In this document: one piece after another, positions 27,154 to 37,365 of the stretch
How the letters are laid out: each line of letters begins with the position of its first letter
Numbering within the stretch: the first letter of the stretch is position 1
NCBI GenBank assembly: GCA_041660365.1
Contig: JBAZWK010000003.1
Coordinates: 1 to 45,264, forward strand
DNA length: 45,264 nucleotides
Reading direction: 5' to 3'
Source of the DNA: Candidatus Shapirobacteria bacterium
Lineage (GTDB): Bacteria; Patescibacteriota; Microgenomatia; UBA12405
Notes under the pieces: generated by a model
Told to the model about the DNA's origin: nothing
Seen by the model: only the letters and a program-made list of their open reading frames with translations
Database searches by the model: none
Position numbers and translations under genes: made by a program

Positions 27154-28751
27154 TTTTTATAATCATTTTTATTTTCTGCCTGTTTATTCAGGTAATTCCC
27201 GTTATTCGCAGTGGCCTAAAATATAACTATGGAATTGGTTTTTGGGGTCCGAATGGTCATGACGCCGTCTGGCATCTAGCATTAATTAATCATATTAATA
27301 ATCCTCTTAAGATTGCTATTCCCATTTTTTCTGGAGAGTTGCTAAAAAATTATCATCCCTTATTTGATATTCTTATCGCATTTATCTCTAAAATCACTTT
27401 TCTCAATTCTTCATTGTGGTTGTTCCAAATTTTTCCCTTAATTTCCACTAGTCTATTTCTTTATTTTAGTTTTAAACTTGGCCAAAAACTAACCAATAAA
27501 TTTTCCGGTGGCCTAATATTAATGCTTTTAAATACTCTCAATAACTCCCTAGGTTGGATCGTTACTTTTATTCGTTCCGGAAATTTTAGCGGGGAATCTC
27601 TCTTTTGGGCTATGCAGTCGCCAAGTAATCAACTAAATCCTCCTTATATGCTCTCGATTTTATTGCTTTTAATTTTAATTTATCTTTTGACTCTCAAGAA
27701 TCCTAAGAAATTATTTATTTTTATAATCCTTATCTTTTTACCTATTATTAAGATTTACTCGGCTCTTCCTGCCTTTATTATTTTTTCTTTTTACGTTTTA
27801 AAAAACAAATCCTATTTATTAACTGAAATTTTAGCTGTTTTTTTTGCCGCTCTCTTGTTTTTACAATACAACTCCGCCTCTGGCTCTCTGATTAAATTTC
27901 AACCATTTTGGTTTGTGAACTCTATGATTGAGTCCTCAGATCGTTTTTATTTGCCTCACGTAGCTAATATGCGCTATACCCTTGAATCCAGCGGTAAAAT
28001 TGGCCCTCGTTTGATTGCCTATTACCTTATCGCCACGGCTATTTTTTTTATAGGCAATTTTGCCTGGCGACTTTTAGCCTTCAAAGAAATATTCAAAAAC
28101 AAATCTCTGTTACTCTCTATTTTAGTTTGTTCTCTTATTCCACTTCTCTTTATTCAAAACGGCACTAGTTGGAATACAATTCAATTTTTATATTATGCCT
28201 TGTTCTTGGCCAATATTCCCTTATCAATTTATCTAAGTAAACACCATAATTTTGCTTATTTAATAATTTTTATTAATCTAATTCCTCTTATTGGTTCTTT
28301 ACCAAATTATTTAGGTAAAATTCCCCCGACTGCCATTTCTAATTTCGAGATTTCTGCCCTTAATTTTCTAAAACAACAGCCATCGGGCACCGTCCTAACT
28401 TATCCCTATGATGCCTATTTAAAAAAATCACTAAATAATACCCCTTTACCGATTTATGCATACGAGACAACATCATACGTTGCTGCCTATGGTGGTCACG
28501 AGACTTTTTTGGAAGATGAAATGAATTTAGAAAATTCTGGCTACAATTGGCTTTCTCGTCGTCAGGAATCACTAGATTTTTTCGCTCAAAAAAGTCAATT
28601 TATTGACCGCGGCTTTTTAGTCAACAACAAAATTGATTATATTTATCTCACTAAAAATAATTTACCGTTAAACTATTCTTTTTCTTCCCAAATGTATCTC
28701 GAAAAAGTTTTTGATAATCCTGAAATTGCCATTTATAAAGTCAAAAGATGA
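27117..28751 (+). CDS. Orphan 544-aa polytopic membrane protein with a C-terminal soluble domain (family D; candidate polymerase, ligase or GT-C)
   Basis: TM1 is followed by 'FWGPNGHDAVWHLALINH', an acidic/His motif in the first loop. More than 10 TM helices follow, then a roughly 150-aa C-terminal domain. No known family was recognised. Confidence 0.5.
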   Translation: MVLPTTSKNQKIIFIIIFIFCLFIQVIPVIRSGLKYNYGIGFWGPNGHDAVWHLALINHINNPLKIAIPIFSGELLKNYHPLFDILIAFISKITFLNSSLWLFQIFPLISTSLFLYFSFKLGQKLTNKFSGGLILMLLNTLNNSLGWIVTFIRSGNFSGESLFWAMQSPSNQLNPPYMLSILLLLILIYLLTLKNPKKLFIFIILIFLPIIKIYSALPAFIIFSFYVLKNKSYLLTEILAVFFAALLFLQYNSASGSLIKFQPFWFVNSMIESSDRFYLPHVANMRYTLESSGKIGPRLIAYYLIATAIFFIGNFAWRLLAFKEIFKNKSLLLSILVCSLIPLLFIQNGTSWNTIQFLYYALFLANIPLSIYLSKHHNFAYLIIFINLIPLIGSLPNYLGKIPPTAISNFEISALNFLKQQPSGTVLTYPYDAYLKKSLNNTPLPIYAYETTSYVAAYGGHETFLEDEMNLENSGYNWLSRRQESLDFFAQKSQFIDRGFLVNNKIDYIYLTKNNLPLNYSFSSQMYLEKVFDNPEIAIYKVKR

Positions 28752-28767
28752 TAAACTAAACACACCT

Positions 28768-29703
28768 ATGTCTCAAAACCCAAGTATTTCTGTAGTAATT
28801 AACAATCGTAACGAATCTGAAAATTTAAACAAATGTCTTCACTCCATCAAAGATATTGCCGATGAAATTATTATTGTCGACATGCACTCCACTGACAATA
28901 GTTTAGAAATTGCCAAAAAATATAACGCTAAAGTTTTTTCCTATCGCCCCATGAAATATGTTGAACCGGCCAGAAATTTTGCCCTTTCCAAAGCCACTGG
29001 TAAGTGGATTTTGCTTTTAGATCCCGATGAACACTTAAATAAGACCCTAAAAAGGGAATTAAAAAAAATCTCTCAAAGATCTGATATTGATTATGTCCAC
29101 ATTCCCCGCAAGAATATTATTCTTAGTAAGTGGTTTCGACACTCTAATTGGTGGCCGGATTATTTAATCCGTTTTTTTCGTCGTGGTTATATAACTTGGA
29201 ATAAAGAAATTCACAGCCAGCCCATTACCAGAGGCAATGGTTTAACCTTACTCGACTCTGAAAAATTAGCCATCCGCCATCATAATTACACTTCTATCTC
29301 TCAATTTGTTCATCGGGCCCTTCGCTACAGTAGTATCCAGGCAGAAGAACTCCATAAAAATCAATATAAACTTAAAACCAGTGATTTTCTCTTAAAACCA
29401 ATTCAGGAATTTAATACTCGATTTTTTGCCAGTCAAGGCTATAAAGATGGTTTACACGGTCTAGTTTTTTCCATCCTCCAAGCTTTTGCCGTGGCCTTAA
29501 TTTACATTAGGCTTTGGGAGATTGAAGGTGCCTCAGAAAAGATTTTGGCCAAAGATTCCTTTGTTTCTGCTTCTCAAGAGGCTACCTACGAATATTCATA
29601 TTGGTTTACCAAATATTTTCGTGAAGAATATAGTCCCAACATATTTAAAATTATTCTAATAAAAATTAGATTAGTTTTTGATCGTCTTACTAAAAATTTC
29701 TAA
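28768..29703 (+). CDS. GT2 glycosyltransferase (WaaE/KdtX-like architecture)
   Basis: ATG 28768 ('MSQNPSISVVINNRNESENL'); the track's TTG at 28711 would overlap the upstream gene. It has 'IIIVDMHSTDNS' and 'LLLDPDE'. It is a paralog of 30620-31402. Confidence 0.85.
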   Translation: MSQNPSISVVINNRNESENLNKCLHSIKDIADEIIIVDMHSTDNSLEIAKKYNAKVFSYRPMKYVEPARNFALSKATGKWILLLDPDEHLNKTLKRELKKISQRSDIDYVHIPRKNIILSKWFRHSNWWPDYLIRFFRRGYITWNKEIHSQPITRGNGLTLLDSEKLAIRHHNYTSISQFVHRALRYSSIQAEELHKNQYKLKTSDFLLKPIQEFNTRFFASQGYKDGLHGLVFSILQAFAVALIYIRLWEIEGASEKILAKDSFVSASQEATYEYSYWFTKYFREEYSPNIFKIILIKIRLVFDRLTKNF

Positions 29704-30623
29704 TGACCAAATCCATTGCCCTCATCATTCTTAATTGGAAACAACCCCAATTGACTTTTGATACCTTAAATTCAATTTTTAAATGCCAAGCTCAGGGATT
29801 TACTTATCATATCTTTTTACTTGATAATGGCTCTCCGGATGATTCTCTTGCCCAATTTAAGGCTAAATATAGTAAGAATGATAAAGTTACCATTCTAGAA
29901 ACAGGGGCTAATTTGGGCTATGCCGGGGGTAATAATTTTGGTCTAAAAAAAGCTTTAAAACAAAAATATGATTATTTTTTGGTTGCCAATAATGACATTT
30001 TAGTTGCCCCGGATTTTCTTCAAAAACTTTTTGATGCCAGTCAAAAAAACCCCGATGCCGTTTTGACTCCAAAAATTTATTTTGCCCCGGGCTATGAATT
30101 TCATAAAGATCGCTATTCCAAAAAAGAAATTGGTAAAGTTATTTGGGCTGTCGGCAGTCAAATCGATTGGGATAATATCTATGGCTCCAACATTGGTATT
30201 GATGAAGTTGATCACGGCCAGTACGATCAAGTTCAACCGCCAATAGATTTTATTAGTGGTTGTTGTTTTTTAATTTCCAGGGAAACTATCAAAAAAATCG
30301 GCATTTTCGATGAAAGATACCATTTATATATGGAGGATGCTGATTTAACTCAGCGGGCCAAAATTGCTGGATATAAACTATTACTTGTTCCTGAATCAAT
30401 CATCTGGCATTGTAATTCTGGCTCTTCTAAACCCGGTTCCTCGCTTCAAGATTATTTTATTACCCGTAATCGTCTTATTTTTGGTTTTAGTTATGCATCG
30501 TTCAGAACTAAATTCGCCTTATTTAGAGAATCAATTCGTTTTCTTTTTACTGGTTCACCTTGGCGCAAAAGGGGAGTTAGAGATTTTTATTTAGGCCGTC
30601 TGGGTAAAGGCTCTTGGCAATGA
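29703..30623 (+). CDS. GT2 glycosyltransferase (rhamnosyltransferase-like)
   Basis: 'IALIILNWKQPQLT', 'LLDNGSPDDS' and 'VANNDILV'. The start overlaps the upstream stop in TAATG. Confidence 0.85.
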   Translation: MTKSIALIILNWKQPQLTFDTLNSIFKCQAQGFTYHIFLLDNGSPDDSLAQFKAKYSKNDKVTILETGANLGYAGGNNFGLKKALKQKYDYFLVANNDILVAPDFLQKLFDASQKNPDAVLTPKIYFAPGYEFHKDRYSKKEIGKVIWAVGSQIDWDNIYGSNIGIDEVDHGQYDQVQPPIDFISGCCFLISRETIKKIGIFDERYHLYMEDADLTQRAKIAGYKLLLVPESIIWHCNSGSSKPGSSLQDYFITRNRLIFGFSYASFRTKFALFRESIRFLFTGSPWRKRGVRDFYLGRLGKGSWQ

Positions 30624-31402
30624 AACTAAGTATTATTGTTTTGGCTGGTAACGAAGCTGAACTTATTAAAGATTGTTTAAAATCAGCCTCTTTCGCCGAG
30701 GAAATAATTTTAGTTTTAGCCAATTCTACCGACAAAACCAAAAAAGTAGCTCAATCCCTAAAATTACCCCTTAAAATTATCGAAACTACTGATGAATATA
30801 ATCGAAACTTTTCTAAATGGCGTAATTTAGGCTATCAGGCAGCCTCTGGTGACTGGTTGTTCTATCTTGATGCCGATGAACGAATTACTCCTGACCTTCA
30901 AAAAGAAATCTTATCGACTATTAATACTCCTAAACTATTCAACTATTTTGTCATTCCCCGGGCCAACTATTATTTAGGCAAAAGAGTCCACTTTGGCGGA
31001 TCTTATCCAGATTATGTCAAAAGGCTTTACCATCGGGTAGACTTTTCTGGTTATCAGGGCTATCTTCATGAAGAGCCAATTATTGTTGGAACTTTAGGAT
31101 ATTTAAAAAACGATTTACTACACTACACTCATCGTAATCTCAGCTCTATGCTTCAAAAAACTTTAGTCTGGACTGATATGGAGGCCGAAGCTTTATTTGA
31201 TAATCATCATCCACCTGTCGTCTGGTGGCGTTTTCCCCGAATGATGCTCACTAAATTTTGGCAAAGACTAATTAAACAGCAAATGTGGCGTGACGGCGTT
31301 GTCGGTTGGATTTCTGTAATTTTTGAATGCTTCGATACCTTTATTATTTATGCTAGACTGTGGGAGAAACAAACATATGAGTCTCAGAGCCGCCATCTAT
31401 GA
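30620..31402 (+). CDS. GT2 glycosyltransferase (WaaE/KdtX-like architecture)
   Basis: ATG 30620 overlaps the upstream TGA (ATGA). It has 'LSIIVLAGNEAELI' and 'FYLDADE'. Confidence 0.8.
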   Translation: MKLSIIVLAGNEAELIKDCLKSASFAEEIILVLANSTDKTKKVAQSLKLPLKIIETTDEYNRNFSKWRNLGYQAASGDWLFYLDADERITPDLQKEILSTINTPKLFNYFVIPRANYYLGKRVHFGGSYPDYVKRLYHRVDFSGYQGYLHEEPIIVGTLGYLKNDLLHYTHRNLSSMLQKTLVWTDMEAEALFDNHHPPVVWWRFPRMMLTKFWQRLIKQQMWRDGVVGWISVIFECFDTFIIYARLWEKQTYESQSRHL

Positions 31403-32552
31403 TCCCTATCTCGACACCCTCGGTGGAGGCGAAAGATATTGCCTAACAGTCGGTGAAATTTTACTGAAAAATAATTATCACGTTGATTTATTTTGGTCTG
31501 GTAATCAAGACATTATCGCCAAGGCTGAAACTCGTTTTAATCTAAGTCTCCGAGGCATAAAGTGTTTACCTGATATTTTTGGCCTAGCTTCCCAAAAAAT
31601 TGAATTAATTGATGAAGATAATATAAATTTAATTCATAGTCAAAATTTACCCCACCAAAACTTTCATCAAAAAATAAATAGATTTATTCAAAAATATCAG
31701 ACACTGTCAAAATATGATTTAGTTTTTTATCTTAGTGACGGCAGTGTTCCCTTTCTCTTCTCGAAAAAGAATTTTCTTCATGTCCAGGTACCCTTTGTTA
31801 ATCGGGAAAGTGTTAAAGAAAAAATAGTTGATACCTTTAAAAATAGATTTGTTCACCAAGTTATTTGTAATTCCCATTTTACAGCCAAGTTTCTAACCAG
31901 ATTTCCGGAAAACAAAGTTAAAGTCTTGTATCCACCAATTGATGTTGAAAAATTTTCAGTTTCTGAAAAAAAAGAAAACATCATTCTTTCTGTTGGTCGT
32001 TTTGACAACATCCTTAATGCCAAAAAACAGGATACTTTAATTGAAGCTTTTCGAAAAATATTCCAGCAACAACCAAATTTAAATTGGAAATTAATCCTGA
32101 TGGGGGGCAGCCGAGAAGAACCAAAAAATAATCATTATTTAATTCATCTTCAACATTTGGCTCAAGGCTTACCAATTGAATTTATCATTAATCCCAATTT
32201 TGATAAATTAAAAGAAACCTATTCTATAGCAAAAATTTATTGGCACGCCGCAGGCTACGGAGTTGATGAATATCTTCACCCCGAAGAAACTGAGCACTTT
32301 GGCATGTCGGTTGTTGAAGCCATGGCTTCCGGCGCTGTCCCTATGGTAGTTACCAAAGGTGGTTTAACTGAAATTGTCACTGATGCTAAAAATGGCTATA
32401 CCTGGCAGACTCTAGACGAATTGGTGGCCAAAACTCAACTACTTTTAGTCACTCCCAAAGATATCCAGAAACTTTCACTTGAAGCTCAAAATTCTTCTAA
32501 ATTGTTTTCTAAAGAAAAATTTGCTTCCCAATTATTAGATTTAATTAAATAA
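31377..32552 (+). CDS. GT4 (GT-B) glycosyltransferase
   Basis: ATG 31377 ('MSLRAAIYDPYLDTLGGGERY'). The C-terminus has 'EHFGMSVVEAMASGAVPMV', an E-x7-E motif. Confidence 0.85.
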   Translation: MSLRAAIYDPYLDTLGGGERYCLTVGEILLKNNYHVDLFWSGNQDIIAKAETRFNLSLRGIKCLPDIFGLASQKIELIDEDNINLIHSQNLPHQNFHQKINRFIQKYQTLSKYDLVFYLSDGSVPFLFSKKNFLHVQVPFVNRESVKEKIVDTFKNRFVHQVICNSHFTAKFLTRFPENKVKVLYPPIDVEKFSVSEKKENIILSVGRFDNILNAKKQDTLIEAFRKIFQQQPNLNWKLILMGGSREEPKNNHYLIHLQHLAQGLPIEFIINPNFDKLKETYSIAKIYWHAAGYGVDEYLHPEETEHFGMSVVEAMASGAVPMVVTKGGLTEIVTDAKNGYTWQTLDELVAKTQLLLVTPKDIQKLSLEAQNSSKLFSKEKFASQLLDLIK

Positions 32553-33424
32553 TGAAAATTTCTGTCATTGTTACCAACTGGAACGGTTTAAATTTGTTAA
32601 AAAAATATCTTGAAAAAGTTATTGTTACTTCACCTGAAGCAGATGAAATAATTTTGGCCGATGATTGCTCAGAAGACAACAGCCTGCTTTTTGTTAAAGA
32701 ATTACAAAAAAAATATTCTAAATTAAAAATAATTGCTCATAAAAAAAACCAAGGTTTTGGTCGAAATACCAATGATGCTGTCCAAAAAGCAAAAGGGGAT
32801 TTGGTTGTTTTACTTAATAGCGATATTGACCCCCATGTCGACTACATAAAAAATTCTCTGAGACATTTTAACGATCCTAAAGTTCTTGGGGTTGGTTTTG
32901 CGGAATTAGGTCATGAAAATTATGGCCGACTTTTTTGGAAAGATGGTTATCTCCAATTTGAACCAGGCACTTCTTCTAAAACCCACATCTCAACATGGAT
33001 TTCCGGCGGTTCAGCAATTTATCGACGTGACTATTTCTTAAAATTAGGTGGTTTTGATCATGTTTACGAACCTTTTTATTTTGAAGATTTTGATTTTGGT
33101 CTTCGCGCCTGGCGTTCTGGATACACACTTTTATGGGAGCCAAAATGTGTTGTCGAACATAAACACGAATCAACTATTTCTAAATTTCCTAAAAAATTTT
33201 TAATTTATGTTAAGGAAAGAAATCATCTTATTTCTGTATTACGCAATATTACTGATCCTAAATTACTTTTAGAAAACAAAATTTATTCGTTTTTAAGAAT
33301 TTTATCTGGACCTAATTATTTAAAAATAATTCTAGCTGCTCATCGCCAACTTAAAAAATATCCGGCTCCAATTTGCGAAAATAAACTGACTGATCAGGAT
33401 ATCTTAAAACTTTTTAAAAAATAG
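32552..33424 (+). CDS. GT2 glycosyltransferase
   Basis: 'ISVIVTNWNGLNLL', 'ILADDCSEDNS' and 'LLNSDID'. Confidence 0.85.
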   Translation: MKISVIVTNWNGLNLLKKYLEKVIVTSPEADEIILADDCSEDNSLLFVKELQKKYSKLKIIAHKKNQGFGRNTNDAVQKAKGDLVVLLNSDIDPHVDYIKNSLRHFNDPKVLGVGFAELGHENYGRLFWKDGYLQFEPGTSSKTHISTWISGGSAIYRRDYFLKLGGFDHVYEPFYFEDFDFGLRAWRSGYTLLWEPKCVVEHKHESTISKFPKKFLIYVKERNHLISVLRNITDPKLLLENKIYSFLRILSGPNYLKIILAAHRQLKKYPAPICENKLTDQDILKLFKK

Positions 33425-33425
33425 T

Positions 33426-34235
33426 ATGGATCTAAGTATTATTATTGTCACTTGGAATACAGCCGATATTACCCTCAAATGTGTCCAAACCATCAAAAAA
33501 TTTCTACACAATATTAAATATGAAATTATTGTGGCCGATAACGGTTCAATCGACGATACCGTCGCTAAATTAAAAAAAGAGGGTGGGGTAGTTGTCATTG
33601 AAAATAAAGCCAATTTAGGTTTTGGCAAAGGTAATAATATTGCTGCTGCCAAGGCCAAAGGTGATTATTTACTGTTTTTAAATTCTGATATGGAACTTTT
33701 GGATAACGGGCTAAAAAATATGTTTGACTATATTAATTCTCACCCTAATATTGGTTTAATCGGTCCCAAATTTCTCAATATCGATCTTTCTGATCAAGGT
33801 TCGATCTTTCCTCCCCAAACACTTTCTAATGCCTTTAAAGAGTTTTGGTTAGGTCAGAAGACCTATTCCAAATATGTTCCTCCAAATAAAGAACCAATAG
33901 ATGTTTTTTCAGTTTCCGGCGGGGCGGTTATGGTCAAAAGATCTCTTTTTGAAAAAATCGGTGGCTGGGATAAAAGATATTTCATGTTTTACGAAGATCT
34001 TGAATTGTGCCGTCAGGTCCAAAAGTTAGGCTATAAGGTTTTTTATTATCCTCAATGTTGTCTAATTCACCGTCACGGTGCCAGCGGTAAGTCTCTGGCC
34101 AATGCCGCCAACCAATGGCGTCGTCTGATTCCCAGCTCTAAAATTTATCACGGACTTTTCAAACATTATCTTTTATTTTTAATTACCTGGTCTGGACAAA
34201 AATGGCAAAAAATAAAACATCTGTTTTTAAAGTAG
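33426..34235 (+). CDS. GT2 glycosyltransferase
   Basis: 'LSIIIVTWNTADIT', 'IVADNGSIDDT' and 'FLNSDME'. Confidence 0.85.
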   Translation: MDLSIIIVTWNTADITLKCVQTIKKFLHNIKYEIIVADNGSIDDTVAKLKKEGGVVVIENKANLGFGKGNNIAAAKAKGDYLLFLNSDMELLDNGLKNMFDYINSHPNIGLIGPKFLNIDLSDQGSIFPPQTLSNAFKEFWLGQKTYSKYVPPNKEPIDVFSVSGGAVMVKRSLFEKIGGWDKRYFMFYEDLELCRQVQKLGYKVFYYPQCCLIHRHGASGKSLANAANQWRRLIPSSKIYHGLFKHYLLFLITWSGQKWQKIKHLFLK

Positions 34236-35530
34236 TCTTGTTTTTCATTTTAATTCTAATCGGAATCGGTGTCAGAATTATTCCGGTAAACAATTTAAAA
34301 AATGGCGATATTTTAGTTCATTTGGATTGGTCAAAAACCCTTTACAAGCAGCATTTAAATAATATATATTTCTATCCCAAATGGCTATATGCGCCTCCCT
34401 CTCAACCGCCGCTAATGATGCTAGCTTTCTGGACTTCAAGGCATCTCTATGAAAATCGTTACCTTTTATCTGAATTACATAATTCCATCAAAATTCCGCC
34501 GGCTTCAGTGATTCTTTGGATTGATAAATACGGCGAGTTTCTCTTATTGCGACTCTGGGCAATATTGGGAGATATCTTGTCTGCCCTATTAGTATATTTC
34601 GTAATTAAAAAACATCAAAAGAATTTTAAGATCGCTATCCTGGGATTTGCTTTTATGTTATTCAACCCTTTAAGTATTTTTGAAACAACTTTCTGGGGGC
34701 AAAACGATATTATTTCCATATTTTTTACTTATCTGGCTTTTTTAATTATTAAAGACAAAAAAATATCAATATTATCTCCACTTTTATATCTTATTGCCAT
34801 TCTCATCAAACCAACCTCATTGGTTTTCATCCCTTTTTATATTTTTTATTACTTTAGAAATATAAATTTAAATAGACATAATCTTCTAAGGATTACTTTG
34901 TCAGCACTTCTTTGTCTGGCACTGATATATTTTTCATTTAAACCATTTTTAAACCCAAATAATTCACCGATTACTGAAATTTATAATATTGTTACTACCC
35001 GAATTACTTCGTCCTCAAAAGGTCTGAGTCGGGCTTCAAATTCAGCATTTAATCTCTATTCTCTGCTGTTTCAGCTCGATAAAACTTATGGAAGTTTTAA
35101 AATATTGGGCTTAACTTTAGATTCAATTGGTGTGATATTTTATCTCTTAATAAATGCTGTCAGTATTTTTATTATGTCAAAAAACAAAGGGCAAAATGGT
35201 CCCACTAAGTTGTTTTTTATCCTCTTTTTTATTGGACAAGGGGTATTTCTTTTTATGACCGGAATGCTTGAAAGATACTTTTTTCCAGCATTTTTGGCTT
35301 CTATTTTATTGATGTTTTTGAATTTTAAACAGTTCGGACTATATATGATTATTCAAAATATTATTTGGTTGCTAAACCTAATCTATTCCTTTTATCAACG
35401 TGACGTTGGTTGGATGAGGACATTGTTTGAAGGAAATTCAAATTTACTAATTAGAATTATTTCCCTAATTAGCCTTATAAACTTTATTCTTGTCTTTAAG
35501 AAATATTCTGCCACCAAAAGTCAATATTAA
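34202..35530 (+). CDS. Polytopic GT-C-like membrane glycosyltransferase, family E (GPI/ALG-mannosyltransferase-like or GT87-like)
   Basis: 'NGDILVHLDW', 'PPSQPPLMMLAFW', 'NPLSIFETTFWGQNDI', 'LIKPTSL' and 'MLERYFFPA'. It aligns by eye with 37386-38660. Confidence 0.6.
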   Translation: MAKNKTSVFKVVLFFILILIGIGVRIIPVNNLKNGDILVHLDWSKTLYKQHLNNIYFYPKWLYAPPSQPPLMMLAFWTSRHLYENRYLLSELHNSIKIPPASVILWIDKYGEFLLLRLWAILGDILSALLVYFVIKKHQKNFKIAILGFAFMLFNPLSIFETTFWGQNDIISIFFTYLAFLIIKDKKISILSPLLYLIAILIKPTSLVFIPFYIFYYFRNINLNRHNLLRITLSALLCLALIYFSFKPFLNPNNSPITEIYNIVTTRITSSSKGLSRASNSAFNLYSLLFQLDKTYGSFKILGLTLDSIGVIFYLLINAVSIFIMSKNKGQNGPTKLFFILFFIGQGVFLFMTGMLERYFFPAFLASILLMFLNFKQFGLYMIIQNIIWLLNLIYSFYQRDVGWMRTLFEGNSNLLIRIISLISLINFILVFKKYSATKSQY

Positions 35531-36932
35531 TGTTATTAAGATATTTTATATTTGTGTAAATTATCCCAGCCATTATTACTATTAATAAAATTCTATAAAA
35601 AAGTTTATTTTTAATTTTGAAAATTGACATTAAAATTAAAACAAAAAATATCGCAGATATTCCAATCCGCCACCAATTGGCATAAACTTGAAACGCAAAG
35701 ACATCGATTATACGGGAAATATTTGCCCCAAGCATTAAAATAGAAATAAAGAAAACGGCCGTCATATTTTTACTTTTTTCTATTCCATCAGTTAAAAATT
35801 TTGCTAACAAAATTATAACTAGGGGCCAAAAAGGAAATGTATACCAGCCGTAAGGCTGACTTCCAAAAAAAATATAAACAATTAAATAAGAAAAAACACT
35901 TAATATTGTCAGCTTAGTGCCAATATTCTTTATTTTTCTTGTTATAAATCCTAGAAAAACTAGCCAGCCGCTAATTATTGAAACTTCAGGCAAAAATTTG
36001 TGTTGAGTTAAACGTTGATTTCTAATTAATTCAATCAAAGAATTAGGTCCAATTCCATAAAAACGGTTATAATTTGAAAATAAAATATTTTTAAAATTCT
36101 CCACTCCGTAAACTGATCCATAAATCACAAATAAAAAACTAATCGGTAAACTTATTGCCAGAAAAAATCCCAAATCTTTCCAAAAAATGTCTTTTCCTTT
36201 CTTGTAGTTAATTAATAATGTCAGTAAAACAAACAAATAACAGACTACTCCAGTTAGCTTAAACAAAGTTGCTGTTCCGGCAATTAACGCTGTAGCCACT
36301 AGCCAATAATCGTTTTTCTTTTTTATATAGAGGCTAATACAAATCATGCACGCCAAAAGACAGGGAATAATTGCGTTTTCAGCCTGTATCATTCTTCCGC
36401 TCAGAACCACTAGTGGGGTAGTTGCATAAAGCAGTCCACCAATTACGCCTGTTAAATATCCAAAATTAATCCAACAAAATATTGCCAACAATGCCACCGA
36501 AATTGTACTGATAATTATAATTGGTTTACGAATTATATAGCTAGTTGTATCCTCAAAAACTCTGGCTCCCGATAAATAGGCATAGCCGCCGGTAATTAAG
36601 CCCAAAAGAGGCGGATGATCCATCCAAGGGTAATTAATTGTTAACGGATCGCCCGTCGAAACAGTTTGAAAAAATCTATCCACATTAACGTATCTCGGTA
36701 ATGAATTTTTGTAACCTTCTATTCCGGAAATCCCCACTGGCATGCCACTTTCGATTAACGATAAACCCACCCAAGAATAGCTATATTCATCAACTGATTG
36801 GCCCGGTATTGGTATTTCGGCGTAATTCTTTTTTCTAACTACTAAAGCCAATATTAATATTCCTAAAAATAGGCAAATTTTGATAAATTTAAAAATATTA
36901 TTTTTCATTAATTGTATTTTCTGAACAATCAA
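35496..36932 (-). CDS. ArnT/PMT-like GT-C glycosyltransferase, family B (minus strand)
   Basis: 478 aa. TM1 is followed by 'IPIPGQSVDEYSYSWVG', a DE motif in the first loop. It is polytopic throughout. Confidence 0.7.
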   Translation of the reverse strand: MIVQKIQLMKNNIFKFIKICLFLGILILALVVRKKNYAEIPIPGQSVDEYSYSWVGLSLIESGMPVGISGIEGYKNSLPRYVNVDRFFQTVSTGDPLTINYPWMDHPPLLGLITGGYAYLSGARVFEDTTSYIIRKPIIIISTISVALLAIFCWINFGYLTGVIGGLLYATTPLVVLSGRMIQAENAIIPCLLACMICISLYIKKKNDYWLVATALIAGTATLFKLTGVVCYLFVLLTLLINYKKGKDIFWKDLGFFLAISLPISFLFVIYGSVYGVENFKNILFSNYNRFYGIGPNSLIELIRNQRLTQHKFLPEVSIISGWLVFLGFITRKIKNIGTKLTILSVFSYLIVYIFFGSQPYGWYTFPFWPLVIILLAKFLTDGIEKSKNMTAVFFISILMLGANISRIIDVFAFQVYANWWRIGISAIFFVLILMSIFKIKNKLFYRILLIVIMAGIIYTNIKYLNNINIDFWWQNIS

Positions 36933-37365
36933 TTGTACTTGTCGGACGAATAATTTGACTTTTCATTTGCTCGGTTAAAATCTTTCCGTCAAGGTAGCAA
37001 CTAACATTATTTTTATAAATTAAATTTACATCAAAACCAATTATGCGGGCATATTCCTTAAAAAATCCGTCCACTGTTTTATCTGAAAACGCTGATAAGG
37101 ACAAGGTACTTACGGCTTTTTTACCACTATTACAAAAAATATTAATTTTGACATAATTACCCACTTCTTTAGGGTCGCCCAAAATTTGATATTTGCATAA
37201 ATCGTTAGTAGTATCTCTAAAAATTGATTTACCAGAAACCATTTCATTCAACTTACTAGTTGTAAAATTCTTTTGAAGTCGGATTTTTAAACCAAAATAC
37301 ATCACCGAAGCAAAAATAAGATAAATAATTCCAAAAGTCAGTAATATTTTATTTCTTCCGAACAT
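36898..37365 (-). CDS. Small N-terminally anchored protein with an extracytoplasmic domain (unknown function)
   Basis: The start is taken at the ATG complementary to 37363-37365 ('MFGRNKILLTFGIIYLIFASVMYFGL'). TATACT (complement of 37373-37378) lies 7 nt upstream. It overlaps the downstream minus-strand GT-C gene by 35 nt. Confidence 0.5.
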   Translation of the reverse strand: MFGRNKILLTFGIIYLIFASVMYFGLKIRLQKNFTTSKLNEMVSGKSIFRDTTNDLCKYQILGDPKEVGNYVKINIFCNSGKKAVSTLSLSAFSDKTVDGFFKEYARIIGFDVNLIYKNNVSCYLDGKILTEQMKSQIIRPTSTIDCSENTINEK

